From assembly GCA_000092065.1 (NCBI GenBank), contig CP000596.1: a DNA stretch of 64,000 nt; one strand, 5' to 3'. The first letter of the stretch is position 1. Each line of letters starts with the position of its first letter. The position numbers and the translations under genes are program-made. This DNA is from Ostreococcus lucimarinus (Eukaryota). The notes beneath the pieces were generated by a model that was not told the DNA's origin, ran no database searches, and saw nothing but the letters and a program-made list of their open reading frames with translations. This document shows, piece by piece, positions 1 to 7,276 of this stretch.

Positions 1-1619
1 ACGGCGACGGTCGCCGCCGCCGCCGCCGCCGCGATGCTCCCGATGGGCGTCGTCGCGCCGCCTCCCGATTTGAGCTTGCGCAAGGCTCGTCTCGAAACCG
101 CCGGTCGAAGCTCGCCGTCGAATCCGTCTTCGTCCTCCATCGAGACGTCGGCATCGTTATCGTCGATGTCCACCGACGCGTCGTCGACGCCGTTCTCTCC
201 GCGAGCGTGCCACGACTGCAACGAGCGTAAAATGCTAAACAAGCACGTCAACACGGCGTCGCGTTCCAAAACGTCCGCCACTTGCGCCGACTGCGCCAGC
301 GCCATGACGGTGCGTTCGTACAGATTGGCCGCGTGTAAATCGCAATCGTAGTTGACGAACATATCCACCAACACTTGGGAATCCGACGCCAGTCTTCGCA
401 CGAGACGAAGCGCCGAGACTCGCATCGCCGCGCTCGCGTCGCCGCTCTCGAGCGGATGCAGCGACATGATTGGATACAACGCCGCGACTTGCTGCTTCCA
501 CGTCGCTCGCGCGCGAACGACGAGCGTGCCGTACGCCATGCGCGCGATCGAAACCAGAATTCCCACGCTCTGCTCCGCCTCCGAGCCTCGAGGTACCTGA
601 AGCAACGCGTTTCGCATCAACGCGATGGAGAGCGGTTGTCGAAGCTCGGCGTGAAAGCACTCGAGCCACACCGTCGCGCGCGGACCGTCCATGAGCTGCC
701 TCAAGATATCCAGCGCCAACGCCTTGGAGTGCGCGAGATAGGCGTCGACGTCCACCGCGCCCTCTCGCGCCGCGATTTTACACAGCGTCGTCAACAACAG
801 CGACACGTCTCGCGTCGCGTCCGCGTCCGCGCCGTCGTCCTCCACCGCATCTCCCCGCGCGATCGCGTCGAACCCTCGCTCCGCGCGCTTAAACGCCGCG
901 TTGATTATCTGCGTCAGCGCCGTCTTCGCCGCGCGACGCGTCGCCTCGTCGTCGGCGATCATCGCGACGTGAAACACCGCTCGCGTCGCGCGCATCAACG
1001 CCTCGCCTCGCGCGCGAAACGTTCCCGGCGCGAACGTCCCCGACGACGTCGACGCCTCTCCGCTCGAATCGCGCCCTCGCGCGTTCTCGTCCTCGTCCTC
1101 CGTCGTTCCCGCGCACGCCGCCAACGCGAACGCCGTCGCGCCCGCGCCGCACCTCGCGCGCGCCTCCGCGTCCCCGCTCGACTCCTCCGCCGCCGTCTCC
1201 CCGCTCAGTTCCCCGCACGCGCACGCCGCGCGCAGTAACTCCCAGCGCAACCGCGCGCCGTCGTCGTCGTCCTTCGCGTCGTCGTCGTCGTCGTCGAGCG
1301 CGCCGTCGCACCGTCCTCCCAGCGCGCCGATCCGCAGCAGTCCCCCGAGCGCGTCCAGCGCCCACGCGCACCGCCGCGCGTTCCTCGGCGTCGTTCGCAT
1401 CGCGGACGCGCACGCGAGCGCGCCGAGACGCGCCAACGCGCGCGGATCGACGTCGCGGTCGTTTTTGGATTTCTCGACGTCGAACGCGTCGAGCGCGGCG
1501 ATCAGGGACGCGCTGGACGCCCCGAAGCGCGCGGCGAAGAAGCCGACGTCGTCGCGGATCGATCGCAGGGGCGCGGCGGCGACGTCGCGGATCGCGCCGG
1601 GCGTCAACGCGGACGACAT
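1..1619 (-). CDS. Large ARF-GEF / Mon2-type protein, N-terminal DCB-HUS region. Partial: the ORF runs off the window start. Not in the ORF track.
   Basis: Hand translation of the minus strand from ATG 1619..1617 is open to position 1. It contains the HUS-box FVNYDCDLHAANLYERTV (RC of 301-360). An AT-rich spacer lies upstream (1620-1737). Confidence 0.6.
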   Translation of the reverse strand, partial: MSSALTPGAIRDVAAAPLRSIRDDVGFFAARFGASSASLIAALDAFDVEKSKNDRDVDPRALARLGALACASAMRTTPRNARRCAWALDALGGLLRIGALGGRCDGALDDDDDDAKDDDDGARLRWELLRAACACGELSGETAAEESSGDAEARARCGAGATAFALAACAGTTEDEDENARGRDSSGEASTSSGTFAPGTFRARGEALMRATRAVFHVAMIADDEATRRAAKTALTQIINAAFKRAERGFDAIARGDAVEDDGADADATRDVSLLLTTLCKIAAREGAVDVDAYLAHSKALALDILRQLMDGPRATVWLECFHAELRQPLSIALMRNALLQVPRGSEAEQSVGILVSIARMAYGTLVVRARATWKQQVAALYPIMSLHPLESGDASAAMRVSALRLVRRLASDSQVLVDMFVNYDCDLHAANLYERTVMALAQSAQVADVLERDAVLTCLFSILRSLQSWHARGENGVDDASVDIDDNDADVSMEDEDGFDGELRPAVSRRALRKLKSGGGATTPIGSIAAAAAAATVA

Positions 1620-1737
1620 GGTGATTCGGCGAGCGCTCGGCGTCGCGATGTGACGACGCCGCGACGACGACGAAGGAAGGCGCGAATGAATGAAGGCGCG
1701 AAGGCGCGAATGAATGAAGGAATTAAAGACTAGGAAT

Positions 1738-3501
1738 CTAAGAGGACGCGCGCGCGGCGTCGAGATCGAGATCGCGGACGAAACGACGTCGTTCGTCTGG
1801 GTCGTCGACGACGGCGAGCGCGGCGACGGCGTCTCTGAAATCGTGCGCGACGACGTACGAGGGAAACCGATCGACGTCCTCGGTGATTGAATCCTCGCAC
1901 GACGCGTCCAGGGTGATCTCGTAGATGACGTTCTGGGAGAAGGTGTTCATTCCGGGCGCGCGCTCGCGCGCGCATCCGGTGAGATAGGCGAAGATCAACC
2001 GCAGGATGGCTTGGTGGGAGACGATCAAGACGGGTTCGGTGTACGACTCCATCTCTTGGATGCACGGCTCGAGTCGGGAGATCAAGTCGAAGTAACTCTC
2101 TCCGCGCGGATAGCGGTAGCCGATCTTATCCATCGAGCGCAAGTACGCGGCCTGCGGGTTCTTCTCCACGATCTCTTCGGGCGTCATGCCCTCGCAGTCG
2201 CCGGCGAAGATTTCGTCGATGTTGCGATAGACGCGCGGGGACATTTGCTCCCACTCGCCGTTGTGCACCGTCGGGTGCTCGATGTTCGCCGCCGTCGCGA
2301 TCGTGCGCAGAAGCGATGACGTCCACAGACGCGCTCGAACCGTGCGCGGGGTCTCGCACCACCGCCCTTCGCCGTCGTCGCCGTCGTCGTCGCGACGCTC
2401 CATGCCGCAAATTTTTTCCAGCGCAAAGCGACTGAGAATTTCCGAAAACGCCACGCCCTTGGCGGTGATCCCGGAGTTCCCCCCCAGACGTCCCGTGACG
2501 TTGTACTCTGACTCTCCGTGCCTGCACAGATAAATCTTGTGCGCCGTCGGGTGCGTGGCGGTGAGAAACTGCACGATGCGTTGAGGCAAGTACGCGCGCA
2601 TCTTATTCGTCTGCACGCGCTCGCCGTAATTGTACAGCTTTATGTACGATAAATCATCCTCGGAGCCGTCCTCTTGCAGCGTGACGTAAAGTTTTCGATA
2701 CTCGTCGAGCCGTCGTCGCCACGACTCCTTCGCCGCCTCGATCTCGTCCTCGCGCACGCGCCCGTTGCGCGCGTCTCTCGCCACGCGTTGCGCCAAAACC
2801 TCCTCCACCAGCTCCTCCCTCGTCAGCGTCGTCTCGATGAAAATCGTCTTCACCTTCATCCTTCGCGGACCGGTGCTGTCTAAATCTCGCTCTAAATCCT
2901 CCAACTCTTTCAAGATCGCCCTGCGCCGCTCCTTGCTCGTCCCGCTCCACGTCTCGTAAAACGTCGCCGACGCGTCGCTCGAGTACACCACCGCCACCCG
3001 TCCGCTGTCGACGTGTTTCGCCGACGCCTCCTTCGCCTCGATCCCGTACTCCGTGCACACGTCCGTTATCGCGTCTCCAGATCTCAAGAAATCTCGCAGA
3101 TTATTCACCAGCGACGACGTCGCCGCGTCGCCTCGATGTCCCGCGTACGCCACGTCGAACGCCCGACACCGCGCGCCGTGGAAAAACCGCAGGTACCGCG
3201 TCAATCGCAGCGCGATCGTCCGCTTCCCTCGCAGCGGCAGTCCGACGAACACCAGCACGTGTCGCTCGCCGATGTTTCCCGCCAGCGCCGCGATCGGCGG
3301 CGGCACCGTCGTCGGCGCGGGATTGTGCGCGCGCGCCGTGAGCAAATCTTCCATCGATTTCGCGTACAATCGCGGCGACGACGCGCGATCGGCGTCGTCG
3401 GCGCGCGCGTCGCGCGTCGCGCGCGCGTCGTCGCCCATCGCGAGCTCGAGCGCGCGTCGGCGCGGTCGCGACGACGCGTCGGCGTCGTAAAGTCGCGTCA
3501 T
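1738..3501 (-). CDS. 6-phosphofructo-2-kinase/fructose-2,6-bisphosphatase (bifunctional PFK2/FBPase2)
   Basis: 587 aa. Kinase P-loop VGLPLRGKRTIALRLTRYL. Phosphatase motif RHGESEYNVTGRLGGNSGIT. ATG confirmed at 3501..3499. Confidence 0.85.
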   Translation of the reverse strand: MTRLYDADASSRPRRRALELAMGDDARATRDARADDADRASSPRLYAKSMEDLLTARAHNPAPTTVPPPIAALAGNIGERHVLVFVGLPLRGKRTIALRLTRYLRFFHGARCRAFDVAYAGHRGDAATSSLVNNLRDFLRSGDAITDVCTEYGIEAKEASAKHVDSGRVAVVYSSDASATFYETWSGTSKERRRAILKELEDLERDLDSTGPRRMKVKTIFIETTLTREELVEEVLAQRVARDARNGRVREDEIEAAKESWRRRLDEYRKLYVTLQEDGSEDDLSYIKLYNYGERVQTNKMRAYLPQRIVQFLTATHPTAHKIYLCRHGESEYNVTGRLGGNSGITAKGVAFSEILSRFALEKICGMERRDDDGDDGEGRWCETPRTVRARLWTSSLLRTIATAANIEHPTVHNGEWEQMSPRVYRNIDEIFAGDCEGMTPEEIVEKNPQAAYLRSMDKIGYRYPRGESYFDLISRLEPCIQEMESYTEPVLIVSHQAILRLIFAYLTGCARERAPGMNTFSQNVIYEITLDASCEDSITEDVDRFPSYVVAHDFRDAVAALAVVDDPDERRRFVRDLDLDAARASS

Positions 3502-3540
3502 TAACCTCCTCGCGACGTTCGTCGACGACGTCGCGCGGCG

Positions 3541-4182
3541 ATGGCGCTGCGGACGGCGACGACGACGGCGCGACGACGCGTGCGCGCGGCGTCCGCGACG
3601 TCGTCGACGCGCGCGCCGTCCGCGCGCAGGCGCGCGCTGCTCGCGATGACGAGCGCGACGATCGCGCTCGGCGCGGCGGCGAAGGCGCGCGCGGACGGCG
3701 CGCGCGCGACGCTCGACCTCGACGCGCTGACGCGCGCGGTGCCGGATCCGTGGCGCGAGGCGCGCGAGGCGCGAGGCGCGAGGCGAAGGGAACGACGACG
3801 GGAGGTGGACGCGACCGCGGCGGCGGAGCGACGCGCGCGCGAGGCGGAAAACGAACGCGCGAGGGCGGTGTACGCGGAGGCGGCGGCGAAGAAAAAGACG
3901 AGGATACGACTCGAGCGCGAGGATGAGCTGACGGAGGAGGAGATCGAGGCGGAGGTGGCGCGGGCGGGACGAATGGCGCGGGAGGGCGTCGAACGCGGGT
4001 TGGCGGCGGAGGAAGCCGAGTTGGCGGAGTACGAACGATTGATGGCGGCGCGGCGGGCGTCGGCGGAGGCGAGGAACGCGGATTTTTTGGAGCGCGCGGA
4101 GGACGTGTTGGAGGCGACGGGCGAGGCCGCGGAGGCGTCGGACGCCGAACGCGGATTCGTCGACGCCGGGAATTTCTGGTGA
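3541..4182 (+). CDS. Hypothetical Ala/Arg/Glu-rich coiled-coil protein with an N-terminus resembling an organellar transit peptide
   Basis: 213-aa ATG-initiated ORF. The opposite-strand ORF 3101..4255 is Pro/Arg low-complexity. No recognised domain. Confidence 0.4.
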   Translation: MALRTATTTARRRVRAASATSSTRAPSARRRALLAMTSATIALGAAAKARADGARATLDLDALTRAVPDPWREAREARGARRRERRREVDATAAAERRAREAENERARAVYAEAAAKKKTRIRLEREDELTEEEIEAEVARAGRMAREGVERGLAAEEAELAEYERLMAARRASAEARNADFLERAEDVLEATGEAAEASDAERGFVDAGNFW

Positions 4183-4251
4183 GCGACGTCGAGTACGAGT
4201 ATTCGCGATTTTGTAACAACAACAACAACAAGCGACGAGCGACGACGCCGC

Positions 4252-5058
4252 TCACTCGCGGAACACTTCGTCGAAGCCGGCGATTTTGGGGACCAGGTAG
4301 ACCAAGATGTGCCGCAGCGCCGCGCTCTCGCCGTACGAGACGGGCACGGAGACGAAACTTTTGTTCCCGCCGCTCGTCGTCTGCAAATTCACAAACAATC
4401 CGCCGCTGCCGTCGGGCATGGGTTCAACCTTGAACGCCTTGTTCACGTTCCCTCGATTCGCCCCCCCCGCGCCCGGATCGTGAAAGAACGAGCACGGCGC
4501 GTTGCTCGCCATCCTATCCGCCAACTCGGCCGCCTCCGTCGCGCTCAGCATGAACGACCCTTTATTCCCCCAATCGTACTGTCGAGGCGCCGTCGCGTTC
4601 GCGAGTTCCAGCAGCACTCCTCCCGCGCGTTTCATGATCCGTCGCCCGCTCGCGTCGCTCTCGAACGTCGCTCGAACCGCCTTGAGCTTCAACGCGCCCT
4701 TCGTCTTGTACACGCCGTAATCCACGAACGCCCCCGTCCCGGACGCCGCGCGCTCGCTCGAGCGCGTCGGCGGCGCGCGGACGCCCGGTCCCGGTCCCGG
4801 CGAAGCGCCCGCGAGCGGCGCGCCCGCGAGCGGCCCGAACGACGCGCCCGTCGAGCCGCCGTTGTTTGAATTCATCATCGACGCCATCGCGCGCGTCACC
4901 GACGGCGCGCGAATGCGAGCGCATCGACGACGAGACGCGAGCGACGCGATTGATGCGGTCGCGAACGACGCCGCGGACGCCATCGGGAATCGCGACGGGA
5001 CGGGAGCGGACGAAACGCGGAAGAGGCTGAATGTGAGGCGGTTGGTTGGCGCAAACAT
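4252..5058 (-). CDS. Whirly family ssDNA-binding protein (organelle-targeted)
   Basis: 268 aa. The C-terminal KAFKVEPMPDGSGGLFVNL ... SVPVSYGESAALRHILVYLVPKI matches the Whirly fold motifs. The N-terminus is S/A/R-rich, like a transit peptide. ATG at 5058..5056. Confidence 0.8.
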   Translation of the reverse strand: MFAPTNRLTFSLFRVSSAPVPSRFPMASAASFATASIASLASRRRCARIRAPSVTRAMASMMNSNNGGSTGASFGPLAGAPLAGASPGPGPGVRAPPTRSSERAASGTGAFVDYGVYKTKGALKLKAVRATFESDASGRRIMKRAGGVLLELANATAPRQYDWGNKGSFMLSATEAAELADRMASNAPCSFFHDPGAGGANRGNVNKAFKVEPMPDGSGGLFVNLQTTSGGNKSFVSVPVSYGESAALRHILVYLVPKIAGFDEVFRE

Positions 5059-5102
5059 TTTGTAGACATTGAAACTGTTTCATTGATTGATGTCCAGGTG
5101 TT

Positions 5103-5765
5103 TCATTGCAACGCCACCGCGCTTCGTCGCGATTGGGCGACGCGCAATTGAAACGACGCGGCGATCTCCGCGACGGCGCGCTCGTCCTCGCGACCGCTCT
5201 TCGTAACGCACCGCGATTCGATCAGCAGGTGCGCGAGTTTTTCGTGTAAATCCGGCGCGACGATCGTTTTCATCGCTTCGAAGAGTTCGGACATCGATTT
5301 CGGCGCAGGAAGGGACGTCGGTACCGCCGAGTCGGTTTCCGGCGCCTCTGTCGACGGCTCGCGCGACGGAGCATCCAGCGCGCGGTCCCTCTCATCCATC
5401 GGAAAGCCAAGGAGTTCGCTGAGCGTTCGTCTAACAATCTGCGCGCCGGAAAGGATTTCCTCGTGGTCTTCCCTCCACGGCCGCTGCGCCGCGACGATCG
5501 GTCCGCGAACGAAAAATTCCTGTTCAGCCCTGTCGCGTCCGCGTCGACGAGCGTAATCGTCAGTCACACGCGCGCGAGCGCCGCAAACGTTCGAGGCGAA
5601 CCGGCGTCGTCTCCGCGTCGCGCAGACTAGAGTGCGCACCAGACTCCAGTTCGCCTGCACTCCGTGAGTACGGGTTTCGTGAAAAGAAGTATGAAGGAAC
5701 TCGTTGGATACTGTTCCGACAGCGCGGAAAGGCGCTTTTTTAAACCGCGCGTCCTCGCTGCCCAT
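5103..5765 (-). CDS. Hypothetical protein. The start is uncertain: the open frame continues to 6020, but the codon there is TTG.
   Basis: First in-frame ATG is at 5765..5763. The C-terminal half (ELFEAMKTIVAPDLHEKLAHLLIESRC) looks protein-like. No recognised domain. Confidence 0.35.
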   Translation of the reverse strand: MGSEDARFKKAPFRAVGTVSNEFLHTSFHETRTHGVQANWSLVRTLVCATRRRRRFASNVCGARARVTDDYARRRGRDRAEQEFFVRGPIVAAQRPWREDHEEILSGAQIVRRTLSELLGFPMDERDRALDAPSREPSTEAPETDSAVPTSLPAPKSMSELFEAMKTIVAPDLHEKLAHLLIESRCVTKSGREDERAVAEIAASFQLRVAQSRRSAVALQ

Positions 5766-5950
5766 CGAGCGAGGACGCGTTTTTTTCCAGCCTTGTTCAG
5801 CGCCTCGATATCGCTCGGCGTCAACGGCGGCGCGCGACCGCGCGGTGGTACTGGCCGCCGCCGCGTCGCGTTCGCCGCCTCGCGATCGTTTTCGCTCGCG
5901 CGCTTCCGCGGGCTCGCCCTCGTCATCGCGCGCGTCGCGCCGTGGCGCGC

Positions 5951-5988
5951 GTCGTCTCGTCGCGTCTCGTCTCGTCTCGTCTCGTCTC
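5951..5988. repeat. (GTCTC)n microsatellite, about 5-6 units
   Basis: gtcgtctcgtcgcgtctcgtctcgtctcgtctcgtctcgg, seen directly. Lies in the 5' region of gene 5103..5765. Confidence 0.7.
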
Positions 5989-6124
5989 GGACCCGAACCG
6001 CCGATTGGACAATCGGACAATCGGGTATGGTCATCAGTGAGACGTTTTTTAATAAAAATGTCCGAAAAGTGGGTGTGGCGATCAGTGAGGAGGTATAAAT
6101 GACAAAGTTACGATTGATAGGGTT

Positions 6125-6131
6125 AAAAAAA
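6125..6131 (-). terminator. Pol III terminator (T7 run) downstream of tRNA-Gly
   Basis: aaaaaaa on the plus strand equals TTTTTTT on the gene strand, 8 nt past the tRNA 3' end. Confidence 0.6.
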
Positions 6132-6138
6132 GATAATG

Positions 6139-6415
6139 TGCAACCACCGGGAATCGAACCCGGGTCTGGTTATTAGGAGAAAATCGACGTTAACTATGGG
6201 TCAGTTTCCATTTTCCATTTATATCCTTTCGAGCTGTTTATCGAGCTTTTCGGACGGAACACTCACCTCCTGCGCGCTGCTATTTTGTATGCAGTGACGG
6301 CTGTTCGCCGTCAGGAGACCATCTCGCCCGAGCTCGACCTCGGGCGACGACTGGATCATACGCTGCTGAAAGTGCCGATTGGCAGGCAGGTATTCTACCA
6401 CTAGACCATGGTTGC
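6139..6415 (-). tRNA. tRNA-Gly(GCC) interrupted by two intervening sequences. Exons: 6415..6380 (acceptor, D-arm, anticodon loop), 6274..6267 (CGCAGGAG) and 6165..6139 (variable loop remainder, T-arm, acceptor plus discriminator A).
   Basis: RC 5' part GCAACCATGGTCTAGTGGTAGAATACCTGCCTGCCA. Middle part GCAGGAG. 3' part ACCCGGGTTCGATTCCCGGTGGTTGCA. The spliced 71-72 nt product folds as a cloverleaf nearly identical to vertebrate tRNA-Gly-GCC. A and B boxes are present. A T7 terminator lies 8 nt downstream. Confidence 0.5.
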
Positions 6416-6600
6416 CTAGGTCTTCCGCACGCTTGACTACGTGCTTCGGATGTTAGGAACAGCGATAAACTTCAAGTCGGAGAATGCGAACGTCAATGCG
6501 ATCGCGGTGTTACGGGTTGGTGGTAATTACGAAATCATTGATTTCGTAGTAATAATAGCAAAATTCTGGACTAACTATTGTGATTCATCTCTTCATCGGC

Positions 6601-6624
6601 CTAAATACACAGAAAACAAAACGA
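6601..6624 (+). repeat. 24-nt motif ctaaatacacagaaaacaaaacga. Copy 1 of 2; copy 2 is at 9306..9329.
   Basis: Exact 24/24 identity between two intergenic sites, in the same orientation. Confidence 0.5.
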
Positions 6625-6683
6625 ACCGGGTGCGCTCGGTGAAGTCGGACCGCCGATTGGTTGGTTGGTTGGTTGGCCGCGCG

Positions 6684-7064
6684 ATGAGATTAGTTGTCGG
6701 CGCGCGCGTGGACGGATGGACGGACGGACGGAGAGACGCGCCCTTCGCGATGGGTCGACCGTACGCGTGGAGACGCGGCGCCGGCGCGAGCGCGCGACGA
6801 CGAAAGCGCGGCGACGGCGACGACGACGACGACGAGCCCGGACCGGTGATGCGTCGGTTCACCGAACTCGCGCGCGCGCATCGATCGGCGGAGATGGTTC
6901 GAGCGGCGGCGGCGGTGGCGGCGGCGGCGAACGCGACGAGCGACGAACGCGAAGAGACGCGGCGCGTGCGCGTCGAGCGGACGCCGAACGGCGAAAGCGT
7001 CGTCGTCATGGACGACGCGAAGGAAGGCGATGATGGTGACGACACGGCGGCGAAGAAGACGTAG
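6684..7064 (+). CDS. Small hypothetical acidic protein (126 aa from the first ATG)
   Basis: ATG at 6684 within track ORF 6441..7064. The C-terminus is DE-rich. Weak support. Confidence 0.3.
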   Translation: MRLVVGARVDGWTDGRRDAPFAMGRPYAWRRGAGASARRRKRGDGDDDDDEPGPVMRRFTELARAHRSAEMVRAAAAVAAAANATSDEREETRRVRVERTPNGESVVVMDDAKEGDDGDDTAAKKT

Positions 7065-7130
7065 AGCGAGGTCTCGGACGACGATCGATCGAACGCCGGC
7101 TGCTGAAAAACGTTCGCCGCGCGACGCGAA

Positions 7131-7190
7131 ATGATTCATTCATTCATACATACATTCATTCATACATTCATACATTCATAACGAACAAAA
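7131..7190. repeat. (CATT/CATA)n microsatellite in convergent 3' UTR space
   Basis: attcattcattcatacatacattcattcatacattcatacattcata, seen directly. Related GAATGA runs occur at 1683-1717, 9350-9400 and 12226-12240. Confidence 0.7.
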
Positions 7191-7276
7191 CGCACAAAAT
7201 TGTTGTTATAACAAGGACAACGTGATTAGATAAATTAATTATGTAGGACATCAACGTTCAACGTTCTTTAACTCTG

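Noticed and set aside
34-1238. Plus-strand ORFs 34..351 and 375..1238
   Set aside because: They are antisense to the hand-translated ARF-GEF N-terminal coding region, Arg-rich, and have no motifs.
3101-4255. 384-aa minus-strand Pro/Arg-rich ORF
   Set aside because: It overlaps the PFK2 5' end and the plus-strand 3541..4182 gene, and looks like a PRPSPP-type low-complexity GC artefact.
6139-6165. 3' tRNA fragment (T-arm plus acceptor) as a stand-alone tRNA or SINE remnant
   Set aside because: No matching 5' half lies within about 70 nt. It reconstitutes a complete tRNA-Gly only with the segments at 6267..6274 and 6380..6415, so it is treated as one split gene.
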